Shown here in pieces: positions 47,058 through 61,390 of a stretch of DNA of 64,000 nt. Source of the DNA: Octopus vulgaris (lineage: Eukaryota); assembly GCA_951406725.2 (NCBI GenBank), contig OX597837.1:1426001-1490000 (forward strand). Reading direction: 5' to 3'. Both the position numbers and the translations under genes were made by a program. Under the pieces are notes generated by a model. That model was not told the origin of the DNA and did no database searches. It worked only from the letters and a program-made list of their open reading frames with translations. Numbering within the stretch: the first letter of the stretch is position 1; every line of letters begins with the position of its first letter.

Positions 47058-47427
47058 CATTAGAAGTCGCTTATTATAATCACTTTTGCTGTTACCAAAC
47101 GGTTATTATACTCAAAATTATCCTCCCAAACACCTCCGTTATACTATTATACTATCTTTGATTAATGTCATCACCTGACTAATTTTATCTAAAAAGATGT
47201 GTTCCATAGTGATCGCAATAAGCGGCTTCCATTGTCTTACTATGTCCCCCATATCTGCTTAATATTATCGGGTCACTATTATTAACTAAAAGGCTGTGTC
47301 CCAAAGTGATCAGAATAGGCGGCTGCCATTGTCTTACTATTTCGCCATATCTGCTTAATATTATCAGGTAACCAATGTTAACTAAAAGGCTGTATCCCAA
47401 AGCGATCACAATAAGCGGCTTCCATTG
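47058..47427. mobile_element. pogo/Tigger-like MITE with one left TIR and three tandem right ends
   Basis: Left TA|cattagaagtcgcttattataatcacttt is the inverse of aaagtgatc.caataagcggcttccattg, which ends at 47234, 47331 and 47427 (96-97 bp period). Confidence 0.65.
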
Positions 47428-47989
47428 TGTTGTTAAAACCACCATCACCGCCGACCATCGCAACGATACATGTAATGAAGAGAGAAAGTGTGGGGTGGGG
47501 AATGTGGGGAGGGGGATGATGTTTAAATTAAGTTCCCTATGTTTCCCTTTTGTCCCTTTCCCTCTCCTGTAACCCTAATAAAATAAACACACGCTTGGCT
47601 TGAACCCCTAAAAGTGGTCTGATTGGTGTTTGATTCGGGTTTCACTCCTTCAAGCCCCCTCCTCCTCAGCCCAGCAGCAATGAGAACAACTTCGCTGCTT
47701 GTGAACAGGCAACCAAGCCTCTACATGGTCGATTGGTGTGCTGGAAATAGTAACCAAATCGCACACGCTTTACGAAAATGACATGACCGGATAACTTGAC
47801 GTTGAGTTCCCTGCACATAAATCGATTGGATGGCCACTGTTCGAATGCCTTACATCATAGTTCTCGAGCAAAAGCTAAACAAAGGAAAAAAAGACACCAT
47901 TAAAACAGACACCACGTGGCCGCTTCATTTGCAAGTAGTAACAGCCAAATCTCTCACAAATCATATATATACATATATACATACATACA

Positions 47990-48026
<37 letters not shown>

Positions 48027-48049
48027 ACTCACACACACACACACACACA

Positions 48050-48274
48050 CTTTATTGAAAAGTAGCAAAAATATCGCATTAACTGTTACTCAGAGTTTCA
48101 CGTTCCCGTTCATCGGAGAGTTTTTAGATTCTAAAGTGTCCGAGAACGGGAACGTGAAACTCCGAGTAACAGTTTTTGTGATATTTTTGCTGCTTTTTAA
48201 TAAAGTATATTACTCTACCTCTGGTAGGCGAGTACTACTTTTTCCACCTTGTTTGCATTTATGTGCTTACTCTG

Positions 48275-48277
<3 letters not shown>
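48050..48277. mobile_element. Penelope-type inverted pseudo-LTR fragment with two hammerhead-like motifs
   Basis: About 68-bp inverted arms (48050-48117 and 48139-48205), each with ccga(t)gaacgggaacgtgaaactc.gagtaacagt. The plus arm continues 70 bp to (TA)n. Confidence 0.7.
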
Positions 48278-48318
<41 letters not shown>

Positions 48319-48319
<1 letters not shown>

Positions 48320-48609
48320 TCGACTCCGTCTGTCACGAATGACCGTGGGTGGACCTAAGCGGTTCCTCTCTGGGGTACAAGTCTTGGCGGAAAGTCGCCT
48401 CACCGACGAACGCAAAACCCTGGGTTGTTTTTACGGAAAACCAAGAATCACCCATGCATACCAGCTTCCCCTCTCTACACCACCGATGTTATCCAAGAGG
48501 AAGGCAAAGGGGCTGATGCAGCCTGGTACAAGTGACTTCACAACTCGTTTCTGCAGCTGAGTGAACTGGAGCAACGTGAAATAAAGTGTCTTGCTCAAGA
48601 ACACAACAC
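48319..48609 (-). mobile_element. SINE family C variant with a different 3' region
   Basis: cagctgagtgaactggagcaacgtgaaataaagtgtcttgctcaagaacacaac core, joined to a 3' segment unlike that of 2281-2370. Confidence 0.65.
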
Positions 48610-48611
48610 TC

Positions 48612-48669
<58 letters not shown>

Positions 48670-48671
<2 letters not shown>

Positions 48672-48825
48672 CTAGCTTCTTTTCAGCTCTCGTCTACCAA
48701 ATCCACTCACAAGGCTTTAGTCGGCTCGAGGCTATAGTAGAAGACACTTGCCCAAGGCGCCCTGCTGTGCTTCTGAACTTGTAACTATATGATTTGCGAG
48801 CGAGTTTCTTATCACACAACCACGC
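48670..48825 (-). mobile_element. SINE family A, 5' half
   Basis: cgtctaccaaatccactcacaaggctttagtcggctcgaggctatagtagaagacacttgcccaagg. Confidence 0.8.
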
Positions 48826-49002
48826 ATGAAATTTCATTGAACCTTGCTACAGCGATAATTCGTGATTTGATTCTCTGATAACAATGGCTGGCTTCTATTT
48901 TAATCCTTAAAAGAGATGAGTTTTTTTAATGTGCTTAAAATATAATCATTGTAATTAGTTTAAATATTTTAATTTATGTGAAAATCTACACTCCCTTTAA
49001 AT

Positions 49003-49248
49003 CAATGTTACTCAACTATTCTCACCTGTAGACCCTTTCAATTCCTATTTTACTTGGGTGTACTCCCATAGCTATTCCATGTTTTAAAAAAATCTTATCA
49101 TATTTCTATAATTAAATGTTATTAAAAATTATGTAAAAATTATTATATTTCGTTTATTGTAGAAGTATAATTTATTGTACAAAATCTTAACAACAAAATC
49201 TTATTTTGGACCCACGAGGGCCATATCGACCGCGTTTGAGAATCACTG
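49003..49248. mobile_element. hAT (Charlie-like) MITE
   Basis: TIRs caatgttactcaac and tttgagaatcactg. 8-bp TSD ctttaaat (48995-49002) and ctttaaac (49249-49256), 7 of 8 identical. Confidence 0.75.
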
Positions 49249-50478
49249 CTTTAAACACTCAGCACTCCCCAGAGTACGTCTGTAACAGCTACTCCATCTT
49301 GTCAGCTCATAACGGCCTCAAGGTGTTGCTGAGGCCCATGTTCAGTACTCCATGTTCAGTACTTCAGTTCTCCCCTCAATTTTGGACATTATGGTGTGGT
49401 ATTTGAGAGAGATTTAGCTGTTATTGCTTGCAGATCGTACGACTAGAGTCTTTATAAGGTCGATCGATCGGCTAGTAGAAGTAGCTAAACCAGTTTACTA
49501 TCACATCACATCCTCCTAAAAAAGGCCCAACGAGATAATAGGTTGTTGATGGAAAAGACGTGATGGTCATGGCTGGAAGTCTATTGACCTAGCTTTGACC
49601 TAGCGTTAAACAACCATTGCTACTTCACTAACCATGGAGGAGAGTTTATACATGGTTATTTGCCGTGCTAAAAAATGCAACCAGATCTGACCTTTACACA
49701 TAAATATCGCTGTAAAATGAAGGACAAACTAAATTATGTAACTTTGACACATTATCTAAAAATTTATACGGGACGCCATACCTGGAACGCTTTTGCGCAC
49801 AAGCATAATCACGGCTAATACGACTATCGCCACAATGGTAACCATCACCACTACCACCACCACCACAACAAAAAAAAACAAAAACAACAACAACAACAAC
49901 AGCAAAAGGAATAACCAGTCTGTGCTTTAATACCACCACCACCACCACTTACTACAACAGTAACAGCTAAAATGCATTTAATAACCATCTCCACCACCAA
50001 TACCGCACTCAAAGTTAACATCCGCATCACTTCCAACTCACTATTGGCGCATCGATGTAATCCAACACCACCACCACCAACTTATAAGCAGCTTGATCTG
50101 TTAGAAGCAGTAGTTAAAATCTCCATCAAATCATACAGCAGCGCCGTCTGAAATCAAGCCATGTCGACGATTTAGGTAGGGCAGTTTTGGATTTTAAGAG
50201 ATGGTATTGTTCCAGCAAGTGGAATATCTTTGATCTGGCTTGACCTGGGGTTAAATAACAGTCAACAACAACAGCAAAACAATGGCGTCTTCAACACTTG
50301 AATCTGCACCTGCCATTTCACTGTAACAGCTGCTGTTACAACAACAACAATTACCGTCAATCGTGCAATCAGATAGACATACAGACAGACGTGCAGAAGA
50401 AATCTTTTGCACACGTATATGTATACACATGGACGTCCACACACACACACGCACGCACACACACACACACACGCACGC

Positions 50479-50521
<43 letters not shown>

Positions 50522-50714
50522 AATATATATATATATATAAATATATACACGTTGTATTCTGAGGTCAAACGTACGAAACGTTGATTGAGAGTAATGGCGG
50601 TTAATGTGATTAGAGATTCTTGCAACTGTAAGTAATTCTCTTCCTCCAATATGGCTGTGGGGAGATTGAACATCCTGTGTGTGGGTGTATATATATATGT
50701 GTGTGTGTGTGTGT

Positions 50715-50752
<38 letters not shown>

Positions 50753-50808
50753 GAGAGTGTATATCTATGTAAATGTATCTATGTATATATGTATAAAGAT
50801 GTATACGA

Positions 50809-50843
<35 letters not shown>

Positions 50844-51010
50844 CACATACAATGTGTGTGTGTATGTGTCCTGTCTGTATATGTGTGATTGTACGTACGG
50901 TCACACAATCTCAGTGTAAGATTTCTTGAGATTCATTGTTAATAACCGTTCTACTCTTTTATTAGTGTTGAGTCGACTTCTTTTATCCTTTATTTGCATC
51001 GACGTGGAAA

Positions 51011-51074
<64 letters not shown>

Positions 51075-51801
51075 GCCCATATTTTCACATATGCACGTCC
51101 AGACGCACGTACATCAGAAACATAATCACGATTTGTGTACGTATGACTCTAAACAAGTGAGTAGAGTATTTAACACGGTATGTAGAGTTACATAGAACTT
51201 TAGTCATTGACAAATACCTTTGAGAAAAAGCAATTGACCGGTGCATTATATTTACAGATAGAAGCAAAACTAGAATTATTCGCGCCAGAAAATCTTTTAG
51301 AACCGAAGTTGAGATTAGAAAAAGTACATTCTTTTATAATAAGAATAGCTACTATTATCAGTTAACGTCCTATGATATCTATTTTTCCGTTAAAGTTGTA
51401 TGATATTTATGGTAAATCAGAAATTTATGGAAATTAATTTTATGAAAGTTTCATCAAATTTATACTTACATTTAAACTGCAGTTTGCATTATAACACAAT
51501 GTATTACATAGATTTTACTAGGCTCTTCTTTGGTTCTAACTGACTGTTGTTATTAGTGATCATATACGTGAAAACGTGTGGCTTAGTGTTTAGTCTGTGT
51601 TGCTTATGATCATAAGATTGTGGGTTCGATTCTTGGGGCGATCAGTATATGTCTTTAAGCATGTTACATCATTTTCTATTGATGCATTCTATTCAGCCTA
51701 CTCCTGTAATGAGTATTAGGTATCTACTGATGCTGCTCTGTCATCCTCCAACTTTCACATCCTGGATGTGATGATGGGTGATGGTTGAGGAGAGAAAGAT
51801 G

Positions 51802-51843
<42 letters not shown>

Positions 51844-52484
51844 GGGAGAATGTCAATGTCTGATCGCGTCTACATAATTACCTAAAACAACGAATCAGTG
51901 GTGAATGTCATCAAGCCATTTTCGCTCGCGAGTGACGGCTGCCTGTATTGTATAGTCACGTTAACATAGGAAGACGCAAATACTCGAACCACTTCAGTGC
52001 CTTCACACTTTTCAAATACTCACACCCTCCCTCCCTCACTCTCTTTATCGCACACACACACATTCCCTCTATTGTAGTTCCTCTCATTTTTTGTTATCAA
52101 TCATCCTGATTTTTTTCAATTTCGCTTTATACTGAGAGTTCTTTAATCTCTGTCTTTCAATCTCAATCTATGTATGTATGTATGTATGTATGTATGTATG
52201 TATGTATGTATGTATATATGTATGTATGTATATTTGTATGTATGTGCCTGTCTTTCCCTATGTGTTCGTTTATGCAACAGCACACTTAAATCATTCTATC
52301 ACTGTATTATTATCTTACTTTCTTTTAAATCTAATTCAATTTTACTTCCTCTCAAACACCAAAATATCGTTGCGTTGCGGGGCACTCAATCTATACTTTG
52401 TCCAGCCTGTCTGTCTATCTGCTCTTCCTTCTTCCGCTATATATATATATCATATGTGTATACACGTTTCTGTGAGTGTGCATA

Positions 52485-52545
<61 letters not shown>

Positions 52546-53345
52546 GCACACACATAAACGCAGAGAGGGATTCAGATTCCAGTTTGTCTTTGAATCAATC
52601 TACCTGTATGTATTCTTACCAAATTAAAATTTCCCTCTCCCTTGTATGTATATATAATTTTATGCATGTGAGACTGAATGTATGTGCGTTGGTAAATTTA
52701 TCTGCGCGCTTGTGTCTGTGCATGTGTATGTACGTCTAAGTTTCCATATTTACGCTCTCTTTATTATTTTCTTCTATCAAGCATTTCTTTCCCCTTTTTT
52801 GTTCATTTACTCTCCACATTTCCCTCTCTCCGAGCCTTCCTCTCCATTCCACTCTCTTTTACTCCACCTTACTATCCCCCCCCTCTCTCTCTCTCGACAC
52901 TTTACTACGTTTTAACAGCAAAACTTCGACCACCTTTCTTCCGACTCTAAATAACAATTTCCTTCATTTTTCCCAATCTTTACCTCTATAGACAATTTTT
53001 TCTCTCCATTCTTTATCAGTTTCACCCTCTACAGCCAACCAGCGCCAACCACACATCAAAATCTTTGCAACAACCGTCCTGTAACGTGGCCCAAATCTCT
53101 CTCCCCTTCCTCTCCCCTTCCTCACATCCCCCAACCCGTTGCAAACACTTTCTTTGGCTAGCATTCTGTTTACAGTACCTTTCCTAATTTGGCAGTGAAT
53201 TCTTTCAATTCTTTTGATATGCTGGCTTTTGTCCATTTGCTGATTCTGTGCCAATTTTCAAGATTCTTCGACACAAAAGTACCTGCCAAAATTTAGTCCA
53301 CGCCGCTTATGATATATACACACATGCACACACACATTCGTATGC

Positions 53346-53395
<50 letters not shown>

Positions 53396-53499
53396 CATAT
53401 ATGAGTGAAAGCATGTAAATGTATGAATTTATTTGCGTGTATGTGAGCGTAAATTATACATACATACATACATACATATATATATATATATAGAGAGAG

Positions 53500-53589
<90 letters not shown>

Positions 53590-53935
53590 GTAGGTAGGTA
53601 GGTAGGTATGTATGTATGTATGTATGTATGTATAGCCTGCAGAGATTTTCTGATTATTTCATAAATGTACTTTTGAGGATAATTCTACACTCTTACACTC
53701 ACATATACTCTTAGATGCACGCACACTTACGTGTGTGTGTGTAAGAATTTGTTCAAACAAGGGCACGTCGAAGAAGACACCTGTTCAAATTGCTGCGCAA
53801 TGCAATAAGCACAACAAAGAAAAAGAAAGGTACCCCACAGACCCAGTGACTTTAGCAAAACAATTCAAGTAACCATTGTACATTTCTTTGTAAATATCTA
53901 GATATGCATAAATACAATCCGATGATGATGATGAT

Positions 53936-54150
53936 AAGAGGAATAGAAAGGAAATTGGAATAGAGTGCCCAGTAGAACTGTTACAAAAGGTTTGCCTCCT
54001 TGGCACGGCCAGAATAATCAGGAAAATATTAGATAGCTGAAAAGAACGAATAGCATGGTACCGTAGGCTGCAGGTAGTAAACCGTGTATGCGTGCAAAAC
54101 TCCAGGAGTTCCCCCAAAACCCGATTTGAAAGAAAAAATATGATAATAAT
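53936..54150 (+). mobile_element. 3' end of an R4/Dong-like RLE non-LTR retrotransposon
   Basis: 53945-54040 reads RKEIGIECPVELLQKVCLLGTARIIRKILDS*, matching the LQK..LLGTA.I.R C-terminal signature of restriction-like-endonuclease elements. About 100-bp 3' UTR ends in tgataataat; 5' junction is in (GAT)n. Confidence 0.75.
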
Positions 54151-54350
54151 GCTTTCTACAATCGGCACAAGGCCTGAAATTTTGAAGGAAGATACCGTTC
54201 GATTACATGGAGTCCAGTGCTTACCTGCTAATTATATCATTGACCCCGAAGGGATGAAAAGTAAAATCGACCTCGGTGCAATTTGAAAGTAAAGACAGGC
54301 AAAATGCTTTGGAGCATTTTGTCCGACGCGCTACCATTCTTGCTGGCTCA
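54151..54350 (-). mobile_element. SINE family B copy (others at 54603-54725 + and 57781-57995 +)
   Basis: tgaccccgaagggatgaaaagtaaaatcgacctcggtgcaatttgaa. Confidence 0.72.
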
Positions 54351-55192
54351 CTTCATTAAATAATGCGATAATATTAAAATAATAATGGTCGATGTGATTG
54401 TTGTCATGGTATTGTGGTGGTAGCGGTTGTTGTTTAGGTGGTAGTACTGGTTGTGGTACTTCCGGTACTACTTGTGGTAGTCACGTTGGTGGTGGTCATG
54501 GTGTGCCGATGGTCTTCATTGTTAAGATGTTTAGTCAAAGGTGTGTCTTGGAGTTTAACTGTATACGTCCAAGGTATCAGTAGTGGTGGTCATGATAGCG
54601 ATGACTTTGCCTTTCGTCAATTCGGGTTCGCTCAAATAAGTACCAGTTAAGCTCTAGGGTCGATCTAATCTCTTTATTTCTCCATTCCTTGAAATTTCGG
54701 GCCTTGTGCCGAAATTTGAAACTAATATCATTGCAGTATTTTCATTATTTCTTAAACTTTTCCTTTTATAAAAGCTAATTTGTAAATAAGCGTGTCTGTG
54801 TGTTAGTGATTCTGTGTATGTATGTATGTGTATATATGTGTGTACATGTCACTGCCTCTCTATGTGTATGTATGCGGTTGTGTATTTCTTTTTCTGTTGC
54901 CTTATCTCTCTTAAAACGTTCGAAGTCCACCATATTGAACCTATGTAATGTCCTCTTTTGTAAAACTCATCTCTGCGTTCAAAGGTGCCGAATGAAATTT
55001 AATTTTTATTAAATCACTACACGTACGTACATACATTCGTACCCGCACGCTTACAGATTCATGAATACAAAAATATAAGTTTATATATATATATATTATA
55101 CACGCACACACCAACGTATTCATATAACTATACGAATGTACAGTCAGTGCATGCAAAGATATATATATATATATATAAACACATACCACACA

Positions 55193-55229
<37 letters not shown>

Positions 55230-55867
55230 GTATGAGCGCTACACATTAAATTTCCAATCATTTTATTCTTCTGTATATAAGCTATTTATATAATTCGCTT
55301 TTGAAAAGAAAATAGAGGGGAAAAAATGTATTTTTCAATATAAATTTGTCTCACATAATTCTTTTTTGTGTAAAAAAAATATATTTTACAATAATTTTTG
55401 ATTTAATGTTTCCTCCATTTCTATATACATTCCGACCTATAACGAAATAAATGGTTATAACGACTAACCATAGTTTTTTTTAAATAATATTTTTAATTGT
55501 TTATGTTTTTTTCTCTCTCTCACTCTTTTGTATCTTGTTTGTGTTTCATCTATGTTCTTAGCTGAAAAATTTTTATTTTAATATTTTGAGTATTTTTTTT
55601 TTAATTAAAATGAATTTGATGTAAAATCTTTGGGGTAACATGAGGCAGTTTTAAGCTCATTATAGTCGACGTCATCATCGTCATCATCATCATCATCATC
55701 ATCACCGTAAGTAATCACATTACACCTTTCTCGATCTGTTTGAAAGTGAAAATTTTAAAAAATTGTGAAAAAATGAAAATCCGGTTACAAATCATACAAA
55801 TATATTCTACTAAACGTGTTGAATATTTTCCCTATCTTTTGTGTAAGGTAATATATTCAATATTCCC

Positions 55868-56005
55868 TCCTACCTACCTACCTACTTACCTACCTACCTA
55901 CCTATCTACCTTTCTATCTACTTTCCTATCTATGTATCTATCTTCCTATCTATTTTCCTACCTACCTACCTATCTATCTACCTATCTATCTATCTACCTA
56001 TCTAC

Positions 56006-56080
<75 letters not shown>

Positions 56081-56095
56081 GCTAGCTAGCTAGCT
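55868..56095. repeat. (TACC)n to (TATC)n to (TAGC)n tetranucleotide gradient
   Basis: Directly visible. Confidence 0.92.
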
Positions 56096-56305
56096 ATCGT
56101 TTACTTATTTCAGCCATAAGACTGTGGCCATGCTGTGGCATCGCCTTGAAAAATTTAGTCGATAAAATCGACACAATAACGTGTTTTTACTATGTCCAGT
56201 AGTTAGTTGTTCCACTAAAAACTTTTGCCGCAACGCTACGTTACATTGACGCAAACAAACCAACAATGGGCAAACACGAAGAGGCACGTGCCTACCCCTG
56301 CGTCC

Positions 56306-57298
<993 letters not shown>

Positions 57299-58599
57299 AT
57301 ATATGCGGGGGTGTAGTGTGAATGTATGTATATGAATATATTGCTGTATATAAAGTCTGCTTCATTGACTCTTTATCACAACATCTTCGAACTGCTTCGT
57401 TATCTGCCATTATTGATCTGTATATCACTGGTTGAGAAACCTGTTCGCAGCAGATAATGAGTTCGGAAAGCCCTTCGGACATTCTCGGGTATCTTCGTGC
57501 TTCTCATCTACCCTGGAGCTGATATCACGACTATCGAAATGCAACAAAGTTTATAATCACCCTTTCTGGATATGCAATGATTGATACACCCCACGGCTTT
57601 AAACATTGCCACACTCCATACATCAGTGTTGGGGTGTATGTGCATACGCACACACATACACACACATATATATACACTCACACACACATATTTACATATT
57701 TATGTGATGTTAGTATGCATACACATACAAGTGTATATTTATGTGTGTGTGTGTGTGTAATATCTGTTATCGTTCTTAATAAGGCGGTCCGATGGCAGAA
57801 TCGTTAGCACGGCGGACAATAGGCTTAGCAGCATTTCGTCCGTCTTTACATTCTGAGTTTAAATTCCGCCGAATTGGAATTTACCTTTCATCATTTCGAT
57901 GATAGATTAAATAACTGCCAGTTGAACAAAGCGGGTGGATTACGTCCCCCCACACCACCCGAATTCAGTACATGCACGGAGAGTAGAGAGAATTATTATC
58001 ATGATTATTATTTTTAATCGGCAAAAGTTAAAAAGTAATTAAAGACCAGAGATTTACTTAGCGGACTTTATACATTTTGAAACATTTTATCCTACATCAG
58101 AAGTAAATTTATTACTATTCACTTCGGGACCTGAGCCAACTCTACGTGAGTTTCCTGACCGATTTCACGTGTCTTCAGCCTTGCCACAGAATTTCTATTT
58201 GGATATATTTGGGGTACTTAAATGTACACATGACTTTGCATCTGTTTTTTTCCATGGGTGTATGTAAGTATCCCATTTATTTCTCCGCTGATGAAGGAAC
58301 AATCCTTTATGGATTCATCCAGAAATTGGTCCGATTTGATGATAACGAAAGTTTAAAAGCTTCTGTGATTTTGCTTTCCTCGCTATCAACATGCTGTATA
58401 TTTATAGTGAAAAATATTGTATGTGGTGATTGACGATATAAAGTCTATTTCTCAGCATACTGGCATAGAAATTGTTTCCTTTTGCCCTTATTTATCATTG
58501 GATATATGTATATATATTTAAAGATTAAAATTAAATTTTAAAGGTATTTTAATATGCTGCCACTTTTTTGACGAAATTTTTTTCTGTAAAAAAAACTTC

Positions 58600-58635
<36 letters not shown>

Positions 58636-58640
<5 letters not shown>

Positions 58641-58815
58641 GAAATTTATAGAAAAACAAAAGACGAAGACAGGTGTATGAACAACAAGCAAGTGTATTAG
58701 TTTGACGTTCGGGAAAAGGAAAAAGTGTTTTACGTTTCAAGCCTATGCTCTTCAACAGAAAGGAACATGAGAAAATAAACAGAGAGAGAATGAAAAAAAA
58801 GCGTGTAGATGTAGC
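58636..58815 (-). mobile_element. Family D copy 3 (hammerhead-like motif)
   Basis: Plus strand tagttgaaatttatagaaaaacaaaagacgaagacagg...tacgtttcaagcctatgctcttcaacagaaagg, following (TA)n. Confidence 0.7.
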
Positions 58816-58994
58816 AGTCTGAATATAATTACAGTGATAACGAAATATATACTTTGTAAGTTGATCTATTCCGTATTGTAACAAAATGGCGAATATTTCT
58901 CAACAGGCTCATTGAACGTTTTGTTATGTTGCAATAATCGCAGCCATGATGTAAGTGCATGAGCATACACACACACACATACACACACACATAA

Positions 58995-59038
<44 letters not shown>

Positions 59039-60843
59039 GCATGTATAATATACATATACACGCCCTCATATGTATAGGGGTGGCGTAATTTTTCTGTGTA
59101 TGACTGTAGTATAAGAAATAATATTGTCGGTATATAGAGTTGATGTATGTACACAGGTACAAAATAACTCTTAAAACACTTGCATTCTCACGCATTTTCA
59201 AACATTCGTCTGTCTGTCTGTATAGGTGGGTAGGTAGGTAGGTAGGTAGGTATGTAGGTAGATAGAACAGATTGATAAATTGTTGGTCAGACTGATAGGT
59301 AGATAAGTGGGTGGATGACTCCACACAAATAAATAAATATATGTATGGCTAGATGTATGGAGACATACATAGAAAGATAGATGGATGGATAGATGGAAGG
59401 AGAGATAAATAAATGCATAGATAGATATAATAGGCTTCGATCAGTTCCCCATGTAAAACACACAGCTAAGCCGTCACTTACAAAGCAAAACAAATATGTC
59501 GGTAGTCGAACATTTGGTCACACAGCCATACTAACACACAACAACACACGAACTTGTACATACACACAAACACATCTCCATAGAGATAACTACAGATTGA
59601 ACTTCACATTTACAAGCGAAACTGTAAAAATACTCTAACATCGACGAATGCAATGGCGGTCGTGCCCCTAACCGGGTCTGCTCTGCTGGGACTTTAAGTT
59701 AAATGATGTAAAGAGCGCTCCGCCAATTGTGACGCCTGCGGCCAGACGTTAGATGACAGCTCAATTGTACAGTTTATTCATTGAGTTGCTAACTGGGGAG
59801 AAAGGCTTTCTTTTATGATTCCATTTCATTGAATGGACGATTCGTCACTTAATTCGTCACAGCATGGGAAGTAAATAGTATTATAAACGTATATGTATGG
59901 ATATGGGTATATGCAAGTATATAAGTGAGTGCGAGAATATATATATATATATACACACACACTTATATGTATGGTTGCATAAATATATACTCACACACAT
60001 ATGTATATATGCATATATATGTATATGTAAGTACAATCACACACGTATAAACATAGATATATGTATATATATATACACTCACACATGACTATATATGAAT
60101 ACACACGTAAGTAAAGACATTATATATATATATATACACATATATTTGTATATGTATGTATATATATATATATTTGTATATGTATGTATATATATATTTG
60201 TATATATATGATATATTATATATAATATATATATAGAATTGTATATACATGTATATACATATGTATACACATATATATACGTATACATATATATATATAT
60301 ATACAGTCTAAGTATATGATATAATTCATGTGTGTATCTATGTATGTGTATATATACATACACACATATATGCACGCCCATACGTGTATACATATACGCA
60401 TTCACACATTTATATCTGGAGATTTCGTGTGCAAATGTGTCTAAGGAGAAAATGAGGTGTAGAATTGTAATGGGAAAGCACTGGCGTGACCCACTCCGTG
60501 CCTTTGTTCCCGCTACGTTTATTTAATTGTTAAGGCCGAAAGGAGAAACACCGCCTCGTCCAACCGTTCACCCCTCCGTCTACTCAAGCATTCCTGCCTC
60601 GATCCATCCACCCACGTTTCGATATATCGATTTTTCTCACCACCCAACCATCCACCTACCAACCTATCCGTCTCTTCATCTACGATTTGATCCTTCATCT
60701 TCAATCGTTCGCCCATCCATAAAACTAACCATGCACCCGACCATCTGTCTTTCCAGTCATCCAGCCACCCAACCATTCGAATATTATTGGATGCGTGTGT
60801 ATTGTGTGTGTATGTGCATGTGTGTGTGTGTTTGTGTGTGTCC

Positions 60844-60878
<35 letters not shown>

Positions 60879-61139
60879 TGTGAGGGAAGTGCTCCGGTCA
60901 TTGAAAAGAATATTTAGAGACAAAGAGATGGAATTTAGGGTTGGACACGTAAATATTTTCTGAAGCAAACAACTCCCAGCATGGTTCGGCCTTCCCTCGT
61001 AAACCCAGCAGAATGGAAAGTTCCGAAGAACAACAATATGTCATGGAATATGGACTCTTCCATGAGGCATCTTTCGAATAATTATGGAAAGAATGTACCC
61101 CTGTACTTACTATGGTTTTGGCACTTCAATCGCCCTCTT

Positions 61140-61390
61140 TAGCTGAACTTCTAGGTTACAGAGACACAAACAAACCAAAACTGTATGATGGGGCAATCAT
61201 ACACACAAACACACATATCTACACGCTACTGGCTTCTTTCAGTTTCCATCGACCAAGTCCACTCACAAGTTTGTAGTCGGCTTTGGGCTATAGTGGAAGA
61301 CACTTGCTCAAGGTGGCACACAGTGGGTCGGAACCCGGAACTATGTGGTTGCGAAGCAAACTTCTTACCTTACAACCACGCCTGCGCCTA
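61140..61390 (-). mobile_element. SINE family A, diverged (a separate tail fragment lies at 61518-61600, plus strand)
   Basis: ggcttctttcagtttcc...gacacttgctcaaggtggcacacagtggg...accacgcctgcgcct. Confidence 0.75.

Noticed and set aside
47190-47427. Regularly spaced repeats as a CRISPR-like array
   Set aside because: The intervening sequences are also repeated (tandem units), the context is eukaryotic, and there are no cas genes.
55620-55712. Possible exon ending at ACC|GTAAGT
   Set aside because: A donor-like hexamer alone is expected by chance; no convincing acceptor or coding content.
58287-58312. CTGATGA-AGGA-acaa-TCCT hammerhead-like start
   Set aside because: It is followed by TTAT rather than GAAA, with no stem III or cleavage triplet. 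The region may be a decayed mariner.
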